Positions 18,396 to 28,075 of a DNA stretch of 64,000 bases are shown here, one piece after another (within the stretch, counting starts at the first letter, position 1; every line of letters begins with the position of its first letter). The stretch is taken from positions 1-64,000 of the IMG/VR virus record IMGVR_UViG_3300017991_000002. The stretch is one strand, 5' to 3'. The notes below the pieces were generated by a model, which saw only the letters and a program-made list of their open reading frames with translations, was not told the DNA's origin and did no database searches. The position numbers and the translations under genes were made by a program.

Positions 18396-18526
18396 GAGGT
18401 GGGCCGGGCGCTACTCCGGCTGGCTTAAAAGGCCTCAGCCTCGGGTTACATCACGTATAGTCCCGTCAAGGACGACCCCGATATTCTGCGACGGCTTAGC
18501 GTGTCTGCTTTCCACGCCGCCACCTC
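18396..18526 (-). ncRNA. tRNA-like structured RNA (non-canonical)
   Basis: 7-bp terminal stem GAGGUGG/CCACCUC; D-like arm GCGUG-GAAAGCAGA-CACGC; T-like arm GCCGG-AGUAGCGC-CCGGC; enlarged middle region. Confidence 0.6.
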
Positions 18527-18857
18527 ATAATATTTCAGTAACCTTACCATATACCCGTTTCGTCCATCCATTGATCCTGCCATGATTATTTCCTATTAGG
18601 CAGCCTCTTTTGTCGTTCTTGGCCTTTACCAGATGGGTATAGAAGTTGCCCTTGACCTTACAATAAACAATGTCCCCAACCTCAACTTCCTCCCAAGTTG
18701 CCGGGGAGAGCTTCACCGGCTGCCGAGACTTCAGGATCGGGGTCATAGAGTTTCCGGGTTCCTTGGAAACAACGATCTCACCTGCTAACAATTTTTGTGC
18801 TTTGATATTATTCATTAGGTTTTTATAACCCTCCCGTGTCCTCGAGATCTTCTTCAA
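18525..18857 (-). CDS. Peptidase S24/S26-like protein
   Basis: GNSMTP (Ser motif) and VGDIVYCKV..FYTHLVK. Confidence 0.65.
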   Translation of the reverse strand: MKKISRTREGYKNLMNNIKAQKLLAGEIVVSKEPGNSMTPILKSRQPVKLSPATWEEVEVGDIVYCKVKGNFYTHLVKAKNDKRGCLIGNNHGRINGWTKRVYGKVTEIL

Positions 18858-18859
18858 TG

Positions 18860-19042
18860 TCAGGGCAAAAAACCATCAACAATTTCGGCATTTTCAAACG
18901 GCCTGAATTTTCTCGCCTCAGCCAATGCCGCAAGTGCATCTTTGATATTGTCATAATTCTTCGCGTTCTCTTCGACAGTGGTTCGCGGTGGATCGCCTTC
19001 GCCATCGGCAATCCACACCCCTTTTTCTAATAATACTTTCAT
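18860..19042 (-). CDS. Hypothetical protein
   Basis: Tiles in the operon. Confidence 0.6.
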   Translation of the reverse strand: MKVLLEKGVWIADGEGDPPRTTVEENAKNYDNIKDALAALAEARKFRPFENAEIVDGFLP

Positions 19043-19043
19043 C

Positions 19044-19514
19044 TTATTTCCCGCTTTCTTTACATTTTTCAGGAGTGCTGAAAATATCCCCTACCACCTT
19101 ATGAAGAACATTCGTTCCACTCCGCAGTATGTCTTCCGACACAATATACGGGCCCAGTAGGTAATATTTAAACGCCGACTGCTTCTGATTATATCGAACC
19201 AATCTCAGCCCTTTATCAGTCTCAACAATATCCCCCTCATAAATACGAAGTCCTCGCCATGTATTCTCTTCCTGTCCCTTTCTTTGTTCCTCAGTCGCCT
19301 CATCCCACGAGGTGGCATCATATTGTCCAATGAACTGCATCAAGATAACATGCTGGAGCATACTGTCTGGCTCTTGATCACCCAGGATGACGGGATCTCC
19401 ATCTTCGTTAACAACAAATACTCCCAGGTCATCAAAAAAGACATCATAAACCATCTCTTTGTCTTTTGTAAGCCATGCCCGATATAGATGATCTCTTGGC
19501 TCCAATGTTTCCAT
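19044..19514 (-). CDS. YopX-family protein
   Basis: YRAWL...MQFIG...IYEGDIV...VVGDIF. Confidence 0.75.
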   Translation of the reverse strand: METLEPRDHLYRAWLTKDKEMVYDVFFDDLGVFVVNEDGDPVILGDQEPDSMLQHVILMQFIGQYDATSWDEATEEQRKGQEENTWRGLRIYEGDIVETDKGLRLVRYNQKQSAFKYYLLGPYIVSEDILRSGTNVLHKVVGDIFSTPEKCKESGK

Positions 19515-19517
19515 GGT

Positions 19518-19952
19518 CTAGCCCTCCCCTCCCGACATCCTCAGTTTTCTGGGATTACGCTTAATTCCTTCCGGCACAGGTCTACCCTCCAACCATCCCG
19601 CCTCTTTTGCAACCTTCCTGGCCTTTTCCATATCTTCAAATACCACCATTTCCACCTTTACTACTGCCCTCCCATTACTCCTATAATCAAGGTCTGGAAA
19701 AATAACCTGCCTCACTCTCCAAGATTCAATACCGGGGCCTCTTACGTCAAAATTACAAGATCTTGGAGGGATCTCTGGCCTATTCCCATCCATGATCTCA
19801 TTTCCGTGATCATCATACAGCGTTATCCTCAGATCAGCCAAGCTGACCTCGACCGTCTCTATGACCGGAAGTGTCTCTGTCTTCAGGCAAGGCAGTCTGG
19901 CCGTATAAGCTAAAGACCCCTCAAAAACCCCGTTGATGGTGGTCGTTGTCAT
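19518..19952 (-). CDS. Hypothetical protein, tagged
   Basis: Ends PRKLRMSGGEG. Confidence 0.65.
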   Translation of the reverse strand: MTTTTINGVFEGSLAYTARLPCLKTETLPVIETVEVSLADLRITLYDDHGNEIMDGNRPEIPPRSCNFDVRGPGIESWRVRQVIFPDLDYRSNGRAVVKVEMVVFEDMEKARKVAKEAGWLEGRPVPEGIKRNPRKLRMSGGEG

Positions 19953-20935
19953 TCTCCAAGCCTCCGGGGGATGACGGCAGGTAGGCTTCGTCTTCCGGGG
20001 TCTACAACATTTGGAAGAACGGGGGAAGAGACCAAATCCTCTATTGAATAGTTCTTGACCTTGCTGATATATTTTATCGTTTTAACTGGGTACCATAACA
20101 ACTGCACCGTTCCCTTATCCCCATTTGAGCTGAGACGAACCCCATGGATATATACCAGCCCGTTTTCCTTGGCCTTTTTAGTTGGCTCATATCTCTTGTT
20201 TCCGTGAGTATCTTTCACGTTTTTCTGAAGACCTATATTGGTCAACAGCCTGTTTACACATCTGGATCGATGCCACGAAGACATCGATTCAAAGTGACGG
20301 AACCACAAACCAAAATCGGTCACATTAAGGGCAGTATTGTCAGGATAAGTCTCTGCCAGAGGGCCGTTTGAGGAAAAATAGTCGATATAGACGGTTTCGC
20401 CTGTCGACCGCTGAACCTCTCTGGCCACTGCCTGTTTTTCATCCGATGTAAGTTTTCTATCCCTAGAATACCTGGCAATTCTCATTTCATGTTTGAGAAT
20501 CTCATAGACTTCCTTTCTTCTGCGAGCAAATTCCTGCAGACTTTTGGGAGGCTTCTTCATCTCTGGGAGGGCATCGTGTTTGATTTTCTGCAACTCTTCC
20601 TCAGCATCAATCAGGTACTGCCGAACGGCCTTTCCCGTTTCCGTCTTCTCGAGCTGGGCAAAATGCTTCGCTTGATTGAGGGTGATAGTGTATTCTATTG
20701 CCTTTGAGCCACCACCCATGTTCTCACGTTTGATAATTTTATCAAATGTGAAAAAGTCTTTCCCTTCAACAAGTTCTAAATCTCTGATCCGATTTTTGAC
20801 CCAATTGGAAAACTCTTGTTTCGATCCCAATGCTTCCCACAATGATCGGGCATCAACTCCCAACTTTTCCTCATCGCCAAAGTTATAGTTCTTAACTTCA
20901 ACCTTCTGAAACTTCTGTAAACTCTCTTGTGTCAT
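19949..20935 (-). CDS. AntA/AntB-family antirepressor-like DNA-binding protein
   Basis: VDARSLWEALGSKQEFSNWVKNRI..EGKDF..EYTITLNQAKHFAQLEKTETGKAVRQYLI. Confidence 0.8.
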   Translation of the reverse strand: MTQESLQKFQKVEVKNYNFGDEEKLGVDARSLWEALGSKQEFSNWVKNRIRDLELVEGKDFFTFDKIIKRENMGGGSKAIEYTITLNQAKHFAQLEKTETGKAVRQYLIDAEEELQKIKHDALPEMKKPPKSLQEFARRRKEVYEILKHEMRIARYSRDRKLTSDEKQAVAREVQRSTGETVYIDYFSSNGPLAETYPDNTALNVTDFGLWFRHFESMSSWHRSRCVNRLLTNIGLQKNVKDTHGNKRYEPTKKAKENGLVYIHGVRLSSNGDKGTVQLLWYPVKTIKYISKVKNYSIEDLVSSPVLPNVVDPGRRSLPAVIPRRLGE

Positions 20936-20976
20936 AGTTCTTCCTTTCTTTAGGGTTTTTTACCTATCCTGGACAC

Positions 20977-21258
20977 TCAGGATTTATCTTTATGAATCCT
21001 AACAGTTTTTACTGCATCAAGGAGACATCGAAGATCCATTTCGATAAGGTCCTTGGTACGTCCACATTCTTCCTTGTCTCTCTCAGTCTGAGCCAACTCC
21101 ACTACCTCAACCCAATGAAGGACCCTTTTAATAAGTCTCTGTACTGCATTGTCCAACAAATCCTTAACGTAGTCGAGACGATAACCATAATGTATGGGTC
21201 GCTCGGTCTCAATATCGATCGTCACCGTAAATTTCGTTGTCCCTCTTTTCACCATCAA
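20977..21258 (-). CDS. Hypothetical protein
   Basis: Tiles in the operon. Confidence 0.55.
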   Translation of the reverse strand: MMVKRGTTKFTVTIDIETERPIHYGYRLDYVKDLLDNAVQRLIKRVLHWVEVVELAQTERDKEECGRTKDLIEMDLRCLLDAVKTVRIHKDKS

Positions 21259-21425
21259 TCATCCTCCCCATCATCCAATGGAAATACATCCCCAGCCAGC
21301 ACCTGAATTAAGACAATTACCGTAAGGAATGCCGAAACGAAACCAAGAACCGGCCGGCCCCATAAAAAGGACAACAAGGTAGAGAAACATCCAAGGAAGA
21401 CAACAAATCTTTCAGTCAACGTCAT
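21255..21425 (-). CDS. Small two-TM membrane protein (56 aa)
   Basis: Hand translation MTLTERFVVFLGCFSTLLSFLWGRPVLGFVSAFLTVIVLIQVLAG...; fills the gap with overlaps at both ends. Confidence 0.55.
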   Translation of the reverse strand: MTLTERFVVFLGCFSTLLSFLWGRPVLGFVSAFLTVIVLIQVLAGDVFPLDDGEDD

Positions 21426-21777
21426 TTCCAATCTCCTCTACAGACATGATCATATTTGGTGGAACATGTTTTACTGGGATCTCCCCTTTTGCTACGATTG
21501 GGATATCTATTACGTAGACATAACCGGATCCGTCCAACTTTCCCCAACCGAGCTCCAGCCTCACATTACTCTCAAAATTCGACCCGGTCCTAGCATAGCC
21601 CAATGCCTCCTCAAACTTATCCGTCAGGTAGACAAACATGCACTCGCGTTTACGCCTGATGTGATCATCTATTTCAGAATTAAGCCCCTCGCACTTCAAG
21701 AGGTCAGTCTGACAAGGTTTCAGGCCCTCAGCGAATATAACTTCCGGCTTTACTTTTGTTCCATGGTAAAATATCAT
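21412..21777 (-). CDS. ADP-ribosyltransferase-fold protein
   Basis: FYHGT, GLKP, VYLTD..EEALGYA and GYVYVID strands typical of ART/Tpt1-like folds. Confidence 0.6.
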   Translation of the reverse strand: MIFYHGTKVKPEVIFAEGLKPCQTDLLKCEGLNSEIDDHIRRKRECMFVYLTDKFEEALGYARTGSNFESNVRLELGWGKLDGSGYVYVIDIPIVAKGEIPVKHVPPNMIMSVEEIGNDVD

Positions 21778-22277
21778 TACGTCTTCCCCTTACCTTGTAT
21801 CCTAAGCCTCCTCTTGAACACCGTGGGACAAACAACGCCCTCTCCTGCAATAAAAAATTCCTTGTTAATGATCGATAAATCGTCGACATTAATCCTAACA
21901 GACTTTATCATATTTGATAACGTCATCCCATGGCAAGTGGGAGCCATCATCACCCCCAAAACATGCGAGCAATACCGTTCCCGAACTATGTTCGTTGCCT
22001 TCAAGACAAAAGATTTGTACATCACGTACACTCCCTCCTCTACCTCCAATGCCTCTTTGCCTTTCAGGAATCCCTCGTTTACTATCTCAAGGTCATTAAT
22101 ACCGAAAAACTCACACATCCAAAATCCATCTTCTGTATACCACTCACATAAAGCAGATTCTGATACAACCTCTGAACGTGGCCAGCAGTAATTCTCGGAT
22201 ATATTGCAGACTTTCATGACAACATTATTTGCTTTATGCATGACATACATGCCTCTTTTAATCTTAACTTCTTTCAT
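21777..22277 (-). CDS. Internally duplicated hypothetical protein, tagged
   Basis: Two G.YVM.K..V.K halves; ends FKRRLRIQGKGKT. Confidence 0.65.
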   Translation of the reverse strand: MKEVKIKRGMYVMHKANNVVMKVCNISENYCWPRSEVVSESALCEWYTEDGFWMCEFFGINDLEIVNEGFLKGKEALEVEEGVYVMYKSFVLKATNIVRERYCSHVLGVMMAPTCHGMTLSNMIKSVRINVDDLSIINKEFFIAGEGVVCPTVFKRRLRIQGKGKT

Positions 22278-22286
22278 TTAAGGGCC

Positions 22287-22634
22287 TCAAAATTTAACAC
22301 CATGCTTTGGTTCCCTTGTCTTGTTGTACTTCATCTTCCAGTCAACTTGCCTCTGAATGTCGACCCCCAAAGCCCCACATAGGTCAAACGTTCGAATCAA
22401 AACGTCGGCCAATTCATCTTCGAAAGTATCCTTTTCCTCTATCCCAAATCTCTCTTCCCTGAGCGCATCACAAGCCTCAGCCAACTCTGAGACGATCAAC
22501 ATCAGCTTGGAGTTATAGTAATGAAGACACCCCCGGTCCTTATGCCAAGGAGGAATGTCATCCCAAAACTTCTTCTCCTTGGCTGTTGCGTAGCATTTTT
22601 TACAGTAGTCATTCAGATCCATGTGACTCTCCAT
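22287..22634 (-). CDS. MazG-like nucleotide pyrophosphohydrolase
   Basis: LIVSELAEACDALR...EDELADVLIRTFDL. Confidence 0.8.
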   Translation of the reverse strand: MESHMDLNDYCKKCYATAKEKKFWDDIPPWHKDRGCLHYYNSKLMLIVSELAEACDALREERFGIEEKDTFEDELADVLIRTFDLCGALGVDIQRQVDWKMKYNKTREPKHGVKF

Positions 22635-23028
22635 TTTTATTGTATTTAAACATCATCTCAAAAGGAGCCACCACGGGCTTAAATCTGGGCATCTCTATCC
22701 AGTAACACAATTCATCCGGCGGTATGTGGCCAGGAACACGAAGTTTCCGCTGCGGTTTTGGTTTCTTCGCAGCCACGAGGGAAAATTCATCCGTAAAACA
22801 GTAACCTTTCTCCCAAAATTCAGCTATTGCACGCTTTAACTCACATATGAGCATCACTTCTCCTCTTAAGCAAACTGTGCAAGGAAAGGCATAACGAGAT
22901 AAAAAGCAACCATGACTCCCGATATGTATGCCAGAGTTACCCTGGAAGGTTCCACCAGAAGAACAAGCAAGAACCCGATCATTACCCCGCCTATAAGATG
23001 ATACAGGGTAGAAATTAAATAACCCCAC
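22609..23028 (-). CDS. Hypothetical protein with internal RKLRV
   Basis: Real start probably at MLICEL (about 22854); the 5' extension overlaps 22866..23066. Confidence 0.5.
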   Translation of the reverse strand: MGLFNFYPVSSYRRGNDRVLACSSGGTFQGNSGIHIGSHGCFLSRYAFPCTVCLRGEVMLICELKRAIAEFWEKGYCFTDEFSLVAAKKPKPQRKLRVPGHIPPDELCYWIEMPRFKPVVAPFEMMFKYNKNGESHGSE

Positions 23029-23066
23029 TGATCTCTCGTAGATAGTTTTTCTTTGATAAATATCAT
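22866..23066 (-). CDS. Small membrane protein
   Basis: Two hydrophobic helices. Confidence 0.55.
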   Translation of the reverse strand: MIFIKEKLSTRDQWGYLISTLYHLIGGVMIGFLLVLLVEPSRVTLAYISGVMVAFYLVMPFLAQFA

Positions 23067-23416
23067 TATTTATGTAACCTCAACTTTCTTTTAAACTCCG
23101 CAGGCTCCACGGTCTCCGTCTCATTATCCTGGGTTTCCCATTGCCACGTCGCTGGGGCTCCTACTATAGGAGGGGGCATTGAACCGGTTTCCCAGGTTAT
23201 TACCACATTACGTGACACCACACCAGTTCGTCCGAACCTATTTTTGGCTATGTAGACATTATGATCCGGGCCGGTGATCATTACAACTTCCGCCTGGTGG
23301 AAAGAGCTCATCGGTATCCCGGTCAAAGCCTCACGAACCTCTTCCGCAGTTGTGACCACCGTCTCGGATCTGACAATCATCATGGACACCTGCGTATAAG
23401 TAAATTGATTTGACAT
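23066..23416 (-). CDS. Protein with DnaB C-terminal-like fragment, tagged
   Basis: AEVVMIT..VYIAKNRFGRTG; ends FKRKLRLHK. Confidence 0.5.
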   Translation of the reverse strand: MSNQFTYTQVSMMIVRSETVVTTAEEVREALTGIPMSSFHQAEVVMITGPDHNVYIAKNRFGRTGVVSRNVVITWETGSMPPPIVGAPATWQWETQDNETETVEPAEFKRKLRLHK

Positions 23417-23417
23417 G

Positions 23418-23825
23418 CTATTCTACTTTCTTGGAATCACACTCCATAATTTCATGTTTGGCATCTTCCGGATATTTTTTGATGAGATTCTTCATTCTTT
23501 CTTTCTCTTCTTTCTCCTTATCTTTCCTATTCTTTCTCTCTTGTCTGCTCTTCGCACTCTTTCTCTTTAATATAATCCTATCCACCATTTCTTGATCCGC
23601 CTCAAACTTATCCGTCACATCAGTCACTACCAGTATCTCATCCACCTCCCGATCATCACCATTCTCCTCCACAGGAATTTCTTGACTTGCTTTAATCTCC
23701 GTAAGAAAGTCAATAACCTCCTCCTCAGTGTCCATCTCCTCGTACTCTGACCACGTCCTTCTGCAGCACCCGCAATAATAACCATTCCCTTGAGTATAAT
23801 TGACCCTAAATTTCTTTTCTTGCAT
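23418..23825 (-). CDS. Hypothetical protein
   Basis: GGAGG RBS; directly downstream of the conserved promoter motif. Confidence 0.7.
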   Translation of the reverse strand: MQEKKFRVNYTQGNGYYCGCCRRTWSEYEEMDTEEEVIDFLTEIKASQEIPVEENGDDREVDEILVVTDVTDKFEADQEMVDRIILKRKSAKSRQERKNRKDKEKEEKERMKNLIKKYPEDAKHEIMECDSKKVE

Positions 23826-23839
23826 AAGAACACCTCCTT

Positions 23840-23882
23840 CTACTATACTTATACGTTTCTGGAACGAAAAAAGGAAAAGTTT
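23840..23882 (-). promoter_or_regulatory. Conserved phage promoter motif
   Basis: T-tract followed by CCAGAAACGTATAAGTATAGTAG on the minus strand. Confidence 0.75.
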
Positions 23883-23903
23883 TTTGACTGATTACTCGGG
23901 GGA

Positions 23904-24335
23904 CTACTTATCTTGCTTCTTCGTGGGGATTGGGATAGGTCGGATTCGCAGCTTTCTGGTAATTCTCCTCTCTGATACTTCCAAATCATCAGAGTAACCC
24001 CTTTCCAACTGCTCGAGTACCCACTTCAGGGTATTGATCGATGACTCATAAACTTCACAGGAGAGTTTGTCCCTTGGGAGTAATCCCTGCCTCTTCCTCA
24101 TTTCCCTAATCTCTTCATATATAGACTCGACAATCGTCGGGCTATTGCATTCTCTGTGTGTTCCATGTTCTATTTCATTTTTAATGAAGACTGCAACAGT
24201 CTCGAGGAATTCATCCATAGTAGAATCTCTGGAACATTCCACAGGCACTAAGAGACAAGAGTCCAGGGCATATCGAACAATCCATTTTAAATCATTCTTT
24301 GACAAGAAGCCTAAATAGCTCATAGACACCTCCAC
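23904..24335 (-). CDS. Hypothetical protein, tagged
   Basis: Ends TRKLRIRPIPIPTKKQDK. Confidence 0.65.
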   Translation of the reverse strand: MEVSMSYLGFLSKNDLKWIVRYALDSCLLVPVECSRDSTMDEFLETVAVFIKNEIEHGTHRECNSPTIVESIYEEIREMRKRQGLLPRDKLSCEVYESSINTLKWVLEQLERGYSDDLEVSERRITRKLRIRPIPIPTKKQDK

Positions 24336-25777
24336 ACATTATCATCAACGACCTTGACCAACTCCGAAGGCATATCTTCCGACTCACTCAACTCTTTCAT
24401 TACCTTGCCCGCTATCTTCAGCCGTTGATCTTTCCATTTTCCAGACAATGCTCTCTGGACACAGATATCCATAAACTGGGCAGGGGTCCTTCCTTGTCCT
24501 GCCCTAGCCATCTTATCTACTTCTTCTTCAGGAAGCTCGGGTATGATGTGCTTGACCATTTTTAAGCAATCCTCGTACGTAAACTCTCCGAGCTCATAAA
24601 TGGCATCGACCCGTCCAGGCCTGGAGCTGACTCCTGAATCTTCGTCAATGGTCCCAATGGCCGGATCGACTTTATCGATGTTATTCGTCGTAATGAATAG
24701 TAATATGCCGTCCGATCGACTCACCCCATCAATACAGTTGAGGAATGTATCGAAGGAAAGGGGACGGGACATTATAGTGTTCCCCTTTACAATATTCTCC
24801 CTTCCATGAAACACAGAGTCGATATCCTCGACCAAAAAGATACAGGGAGCCCTGCGAGACCTGTCATTCCAAGTGGTCACAAATTCCTGATCATCAAATG
24901 TGGAGAGATGAAAACTGAAGATGGGAAGATCAAACTTCTCCCCAAGGTAACGAATAACCATGGATTTTCCACAACCAGGCTTCCCGTGCAACAGAAACCC
25001 ACGACGCCACAGTATCCCGCGTTCCCGATACCACTTTTTACCTTCATACCACATATTAACCGCGCCTGCCAAACGTTCCACCTGCTCCGTCAATATAATA
25101 GAAGAGCTGGCTGATGTTCTCGTATCCTTTCCTCGCCCCAATTGGTCAGGCCTCCAGCCAAGGTATCGTATATGACTATTTCTCATGTAATCGGTCACAT
25201 CATAATCTCTCACTGTAGAAGGGGCCTCATTTTCCGTCTTGTTCATCCTTTCATAAACAGCCTCTCCAAACAGATCAATGACGGAAAAACGACTACTGAA
25301 TCCGTTCTCCTTTCTTTCCTCGTTAAAGTTCTTCAACCCCTCAACAATGATTCGCTCAATATCAACTTGCCCTCTTATGTATGTCACGGTCATTGACTTG
25401 CCGTTCATCTCATTAGGATTGTAGTCCTCCGTGTTATTTGTTACTGATCGCTTTATTATTACAGATTTCCAAGGTCTTTTACCCAGGCAAAAAACAGGGT
25501 CTGTCGTCAAGAGCAGCTCCCCGGAGACCAACTCAACTCTGTCGATCGGACGGACAAAAACACTTTGACCAATAAACCATCGCAAACCGATCCTGACCGG
25601 CTTAAATTCCCGATAAATCTGAGCTATGGTCGACATAGTCAGTGACGTAGAATTCTTTACTTCAATCGTCACAAAGATTATTGAATAGAGCTTAAAAAAT
25701 ATTGTCTTAATATGTCCCCAGGTACTGGCCACAATAGCGGCCAAAGCACCAAGACCAACTATTTGTGCTCCTTCCAT
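24320..25777 (-). CDS. BCS1-like AAA+ ATPase with N-terminal membrane anchor
   Basis: WYRERGILWRRGFLLHGKPGCGKS, FLVEDID, LNCIDGV, FITTN, RPGRVD. Confidence 0.85.
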   Translation of the reverse strand: MEGAQIVGLGALAAIVASTWGHIKTIFFKLYSIIFVTIEVKNSTSLTMSTIAQIYREFKPVRIGLRWFIGQSVFVRPIDRVELVSGELLLTTDPVFCLGKRPWKSVIIKRSVTNNTEDYNPNEMNGKSMTVTYIRGQVDIERIIVEGLKNFNEERKENGFSSRFSVIDLFGEAVYERMNKTENEAPSTVRDYDVTDYMRNSHIRYLGWRPDQLGRGKDTRTSASSSIILTEQVERLAGAVNMWYEGKKWYRERGILWRRGFLLHGKPGCGKSMVIRYLGEKFDLPIFSFHLSTFDDQEFVTTWNDRSRRAPCIFLVEDIDSVFHGRENIVKGNTIMSRPLSFDTFLNCIDGVSRSDGILLFITTNNIDKVDPAIGTIDEDSGVSSRPGRVDAIYELGEFTYEDCLKMVKHIIPELPEEEVDKMARAGQGRTPAQFMDICVQRALSGKWKDQRLKIAGKVMKELSESEDMPSELVKVVDDNVWRCL

Positions 25778-25801
25778 GGTAAATCCTTTCTTTCGTTCGG
25801 G

Positions 25802-26176
25802 TTAAAGACCTTTTATCCTTAACTGATTTTGCCTAGCGAGCCACTCCCTACCATGTCGTGTTCTTTTAAGATTGCCAGTCGACTTATCCCTGACAAGCAT
25901 ACCCTTGACAGGAGTGTCGTTGCTTATGGGAAGTGGACAATCGTCTGGTATCTCGTACACAGCCCTGTAAGAATGTTTCTCCGTCGTATGCAGGGTTCTT
26001 CCAGTAATCCCACACCGTTGTATACTGGACATTGCCTCCCCGCTAAAATGAGGGCACTGTGAACACTCTTTGACATAAACGACGGCCTTTCTCGTTTTTC
26101 CCATGGAACCATTATACCTCACTGGGGCTCGACAACATGATCCTCTCGACCTGATCAACTTCACAGCCGAACACAT
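25802..26176 (-). CDS. Cys-rich hypothetical protein
   Basis: CSQCPHF..C..PDDCPLP; true start probably at MGKTRK. Confidence 0.55.
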   Translation of the reverse strand: MCSAVKLIRSRGSCCRAPVRYNGSMGKTRKAVVYVKECSQCPHFSGEAMSSIQRCGITGRTLHTTEKHSYRAVYEIPDDCPLPISNDTPVKGMLVRDKSTGNLKRTRHGREWLARQNQLRIKGL

Positions 26177-26411
26177 CGGTCAGCAACTCTACATCGATCG
26201 GTCCTCCATACTCCCGAGAGAATAGAACAACGAGATTACTCAGTTCCCGATCCTCATACCTTCTTTGCTGCTGGAAGTGCTCTTCCTTTAAATCATCAAA
26301 TATCTCCTTCGAAATATTACCCAAGGCAAAGTCGAGTTGATAACCCAGAAAATCCATGCGCTCCCTCATTGTGTCTACAATTATTCGAAGCAAGGCATCA
26401 AATCCGTTCAT
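26112..26411 (-). CDS. Hypothetical protein
   Basis: Tiles in the operon. Confidence 0.6.
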   Translation of the reverse strand: MNGFDALLRIIVDTMRERMDFLGYQLDFALGNISKEIFDDLKEEHFQQQRRYEDRELSNLVVLFSREYGGPIDVELLTDVFGCEVDQVERIMLSSPSEV

Positions 26412-27520
26412 TATCCATCCTCCTTGAAACTTGTTACCATATTCACCTTAGAGTTCAAGGTCATGTTCTGTATTATATCATTCAGCTCCTGGCCCTTCCT
26501 AAGACGAAACAGTATTGACCCCACCGGGGTATCTTTAACTTTGAAAGCAAATTCCCTCTGATCTTTAATATCCTTTGTCGACAACCACAATCCTTCGACG
26601 TAGCCAAGCATTCTGTGATACGCCAACTCAAAAGGCAAAAAGAACTTCCTGTCCTCGGGAAAATAACTGAGATACTCCTCATGATCATTTCCCAGGATCA
26701 ACAAGATGATCCTCTTGGGGGACAGGGCATTCTCGCCCCGAAGATGAGCAACCGCCAAATATGATGGATTCTTTACTTTAAGTCTCCAGTCCATTCTCAA
26801 TTTTGGATCAGCGATTCGGCAAACGTATCCCTCGTCGAGAGCATGTAGATCATTCATACTCTTCAATGCCTCATCGAAGGAATTGAAGTAATACTTTCTC
26901 GGGTATTTGAATGCATAATCAAGCCGATTATATTCTTTCCAATCATACTCCCCGGATTCCCTGTCCCTTACCGCAAGAAGATAAATTTCCGTCTCAGTAT
27001 AAGGCTTTACTACCCGTGACTCAGGGGACACCAGTTCAAATATGTAGGTATAGTGCTCTTTTGCTTTCAAAGCGCAATTGAAAACCACATCCAATCCCTC
27101 TTTAATTGCCTCGGACACCAGCTCTGAGAAGGTCTTCTTGTTCAAGTGGGTCTCACCCTCCGCAAATGCCATTCTTCTCGTTGCCGCACACCACTTATCT
27201 CCGTCATGGTAGACATTAATCAAAGACCCGTCCAGCTTCTCCGTAACCTCTGCCCTGGTAATATCAAACTCATCAGTGTCCGGGTCCTCCCCATAATTCC
27301 AAAACCGATCGAAGCTCCGACAAAGGACACGATAGTCCGGCAAGGAAAGGATTAGTCCCCGACATTCCATCACCATGGGGTCAAATCGACAATGATGGGA
27401 GTCAATCATATGATAATTCAAAACAACTCGATCGTCGTATTTATTGATGACAATCCCAAATTTCTCCTCTAAGGACTCAAGGGAATTTTCTTTAAGGTAT
27501 TCCTGAACAAGCATTGTCAC
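26411..27520 (-). CDS. T4 Rnl1-like RNA ligase
   Basis: ECRGLIL, FDRFWNYGE, motif I EKLDGSLI, FELVSP, EGYV, KVKNPSYL. Confidence 0.88.
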   Translation of the reverse strand: MTMLVQEYLKENSLESLEEKFGIVINKYDDRVVLNYHMIDSHHCRFDPMVMECRGLILSLPDYRVLCRSFDRFWNYGEDPDTDEFDITRAEVTEKLDGSLINVYHDGDKWCAATRRMAFAEGETHLNKKTFSELVSEAIKEGLDVVFNCALKAKEHYTYIFELVSPESRVVKPYTETEIYLLAVRDRESGEYDWKEYNRLDYAFKYPRKYYFNSFDEALKSMNDLHALDEGYVCRIADPKLRMDWRLKVKNPSYLAVAHLRGENALSPKRIILLILGNDHEEYLSYFPEDRKFFLPFELAYHRMLGYVEGLWLSTKDIKDQREFAFKVKDTPVGSILFRLRKGQELNDIIQNMTLNSKVNMVTSFKEDG

Positions 27521-27804
27521 AATCGACCTCTCTTTCTTTTCACTCTTCTGCTCATCCGATGCTTACAGTCTCCCGGGTGCTTCTTTCGCCATTTAATATA
27601 TGACTTCATCTTATCAGTCTTTAGGAGTTTACTAAGACTCATACCCGATAACTCTTTATTACTAAACAACATATGTATCTGCTGGGAACAGGTAAAGCAA
27701 CATCTGATGGTCTCACCCTTACTCCCTCCTTTTGATTTAGGGGTTACATGATGTTTGTGCAAATCGGACGTTTCAAGACCGCATATGGAACAACAGTCAC
27801 TCAT
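27517..27804 (-). CDS. HNH endonuclease
   Basis: CSICG..HKHHVTPKSKGG..CCFTCSQQIH. Confidence 0.8.
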   Translation of the reverse strand: MSDCCSICGLETSDLHKHHVTPKSKGGSKGETIRCCFTCSQQIHMLFSNKELSGMSLSKLLKTDKMKSYIKWRKKHPGDCKHRMSRRVKRKRGRL

Positions 27805-28075
27805 TCACCATTCCTCCAAGACGCAGACGACGGCAGGGAGTACTTGCCTCTTCCTTCAGAGATTCGTTCCACAGTCTCCGTGCCGATGACCAATGCCTCT
27901 TGGATCCCATAAAGAACAAAGTTATAGCATCCCGAAGATTCTCAACTGCTTCCTCCTCATCGATCCCTAATGTATACAGATCAAGCTCTGGACAACGAAT
28001 AATGATATGATCATCCTTCTTCTTGAATTCATAATAAACATCGACCCTTACCTCAAGAAGCCCTTTAACTGTCAC
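27797..28075 (-). CDS. HicB-like antitoxin domain protein, tagged
   Basis: IIRCPELDLYTLGIDEEEAVENLRDAITLF; ends CRRLRLGGMVNE. Confidence 0.65.
   Translation of the reverse strand: MTVKGLLEVRVDVYYEFKKKDDHIIIRCPELDLYTLGIDEEEAVENLRDAITLFFMGSKRHWSSARRLWNESLKEEASTPCRRLRLGGMVNE

Noticed and set aside
18396-18526. Canonical tRNA (Ser or Sec)
   Set aside because: No TTC-containing T loop, no clean 7-nt anticodon loop on a 5-bp stem, oversized middle, no CCA
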